From an uncultured Muribaculaceae bacterium (lineage in GTDB: Bacteria > Bacillota_I > Bacilli_A > RF39 > UBA660): a stretch of DNA of 64,000 bases. Below the pieces are notes generated by a model. The model made no database searches and was not told the DNA's origin. It was given only the letters and a program-made list of their open reading frames with translations. A program made the position numbers and the translations under genes. Shown one piece after another: positions 63,971 through 64,000 of this stretch; positions within the stretch are counted from its first letter, which is position 1, and each line of letters begins with the position of its first letter. Where the stretch lies: the NCBI GenBank assembly GCA_964530845.1, contig CAZHBS010000002.1, positions 20,778 through 84,777 on the forward strand. Reading direction: 5' to 3'.

Positions 63971-64000
63971 CTATATCACCATAAATCTTTCCTTTAGAAT

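Noticed and set aside
1-64000. CRISPR arrays, tRNA/rRNA genes, transposase or integrase genes, reverse transcriptase/DGR, restriction-modification systems and classic large defence ATPases or nucleases.
   Set aside because: I scanned the intergenic regions longer than 100 nt and the whole ORF list. I found no regularly spaced direct repeats, no cloverleaf-like G+C-rich segments and no ORFs with the corresponding motifs.

Overview
AT-rich (roughly 25-30% G+C by eye, not computed), Firmicutes-like DNA with about nine in ten genes on the minus strand. I saw no rRNA, tRNA, CRISPR array, integrase or transposase. (1) Positions 1 to about 10.4 kb are one end of a conjugative element, either an ICE or a conjugative plasmid. 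It carries PcfB, a MobA/VirD2-type relaxase whose conserved N-terminus needs a non-canonical ATA start, MobC, a candidate oriT, a short SsbB-like SSB, a dedicated sortase with a thioester (TQXA) Cna-B adhesin, a wHTH Rep-like protein, ParB and ParA. (2) 10.6-17.3 kb holds a five-gene cell-envelope glycosylation operon: GT4, a small 4-TM flippase-like protein, DUF2304, a polyprenyl-phosphate GT2 and a large polytopic GT-C-like protein. It is bracketed by KilA-N, a decayed RhuM fragment and a Bro-N/DinD gene. (3) 17.5-34.6 kb is a co-directional, very tightly packed run of about 30 small, mostly unrelated genes. It includes three NUDIX hydrolases, two GNATs, DUF488, ASCH, Maf, two DNA-glycosylase-like proteins, VanY, HD, a tRNA-binding protein, TfoX and two tandem membrane-anchored XRE paralogues. 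(4) 34.8-64 kb is mixed accessory and housekeeping-like content. It includes a 1672-aa surface protein (NPCBM, Cys/His core, discoidin domain, six Ig-like repeats), a deaminase, a short RlmN/Cfr-like radical-SAM enzyme between a ParB/Srx-like and a 2H-like protein, a cupin/CMD pair, a CDF exporter with a divergent TetR gene, a MacB-type ABC pair, a carnitine-dehydrogenase-like enzyme and a LiaF/DUF4097 pair. The most promising candidate novel system is the translationally coupled unit at 24.9-28.5 kb: HhH-GPD-like, GNAT, ASCH, an unknown protein, a divergent Maf and an atypical UDG. Next come the ParB-like/RlmN-like/2H-like trio at 49.6-51.4 kb and the small unknown ORFs around ssb in the presumptive leading region. 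All family calls come from motif recognition by eye; no searches were run. Hand-derived non-coding coordinates may be off by 1-2 nt.
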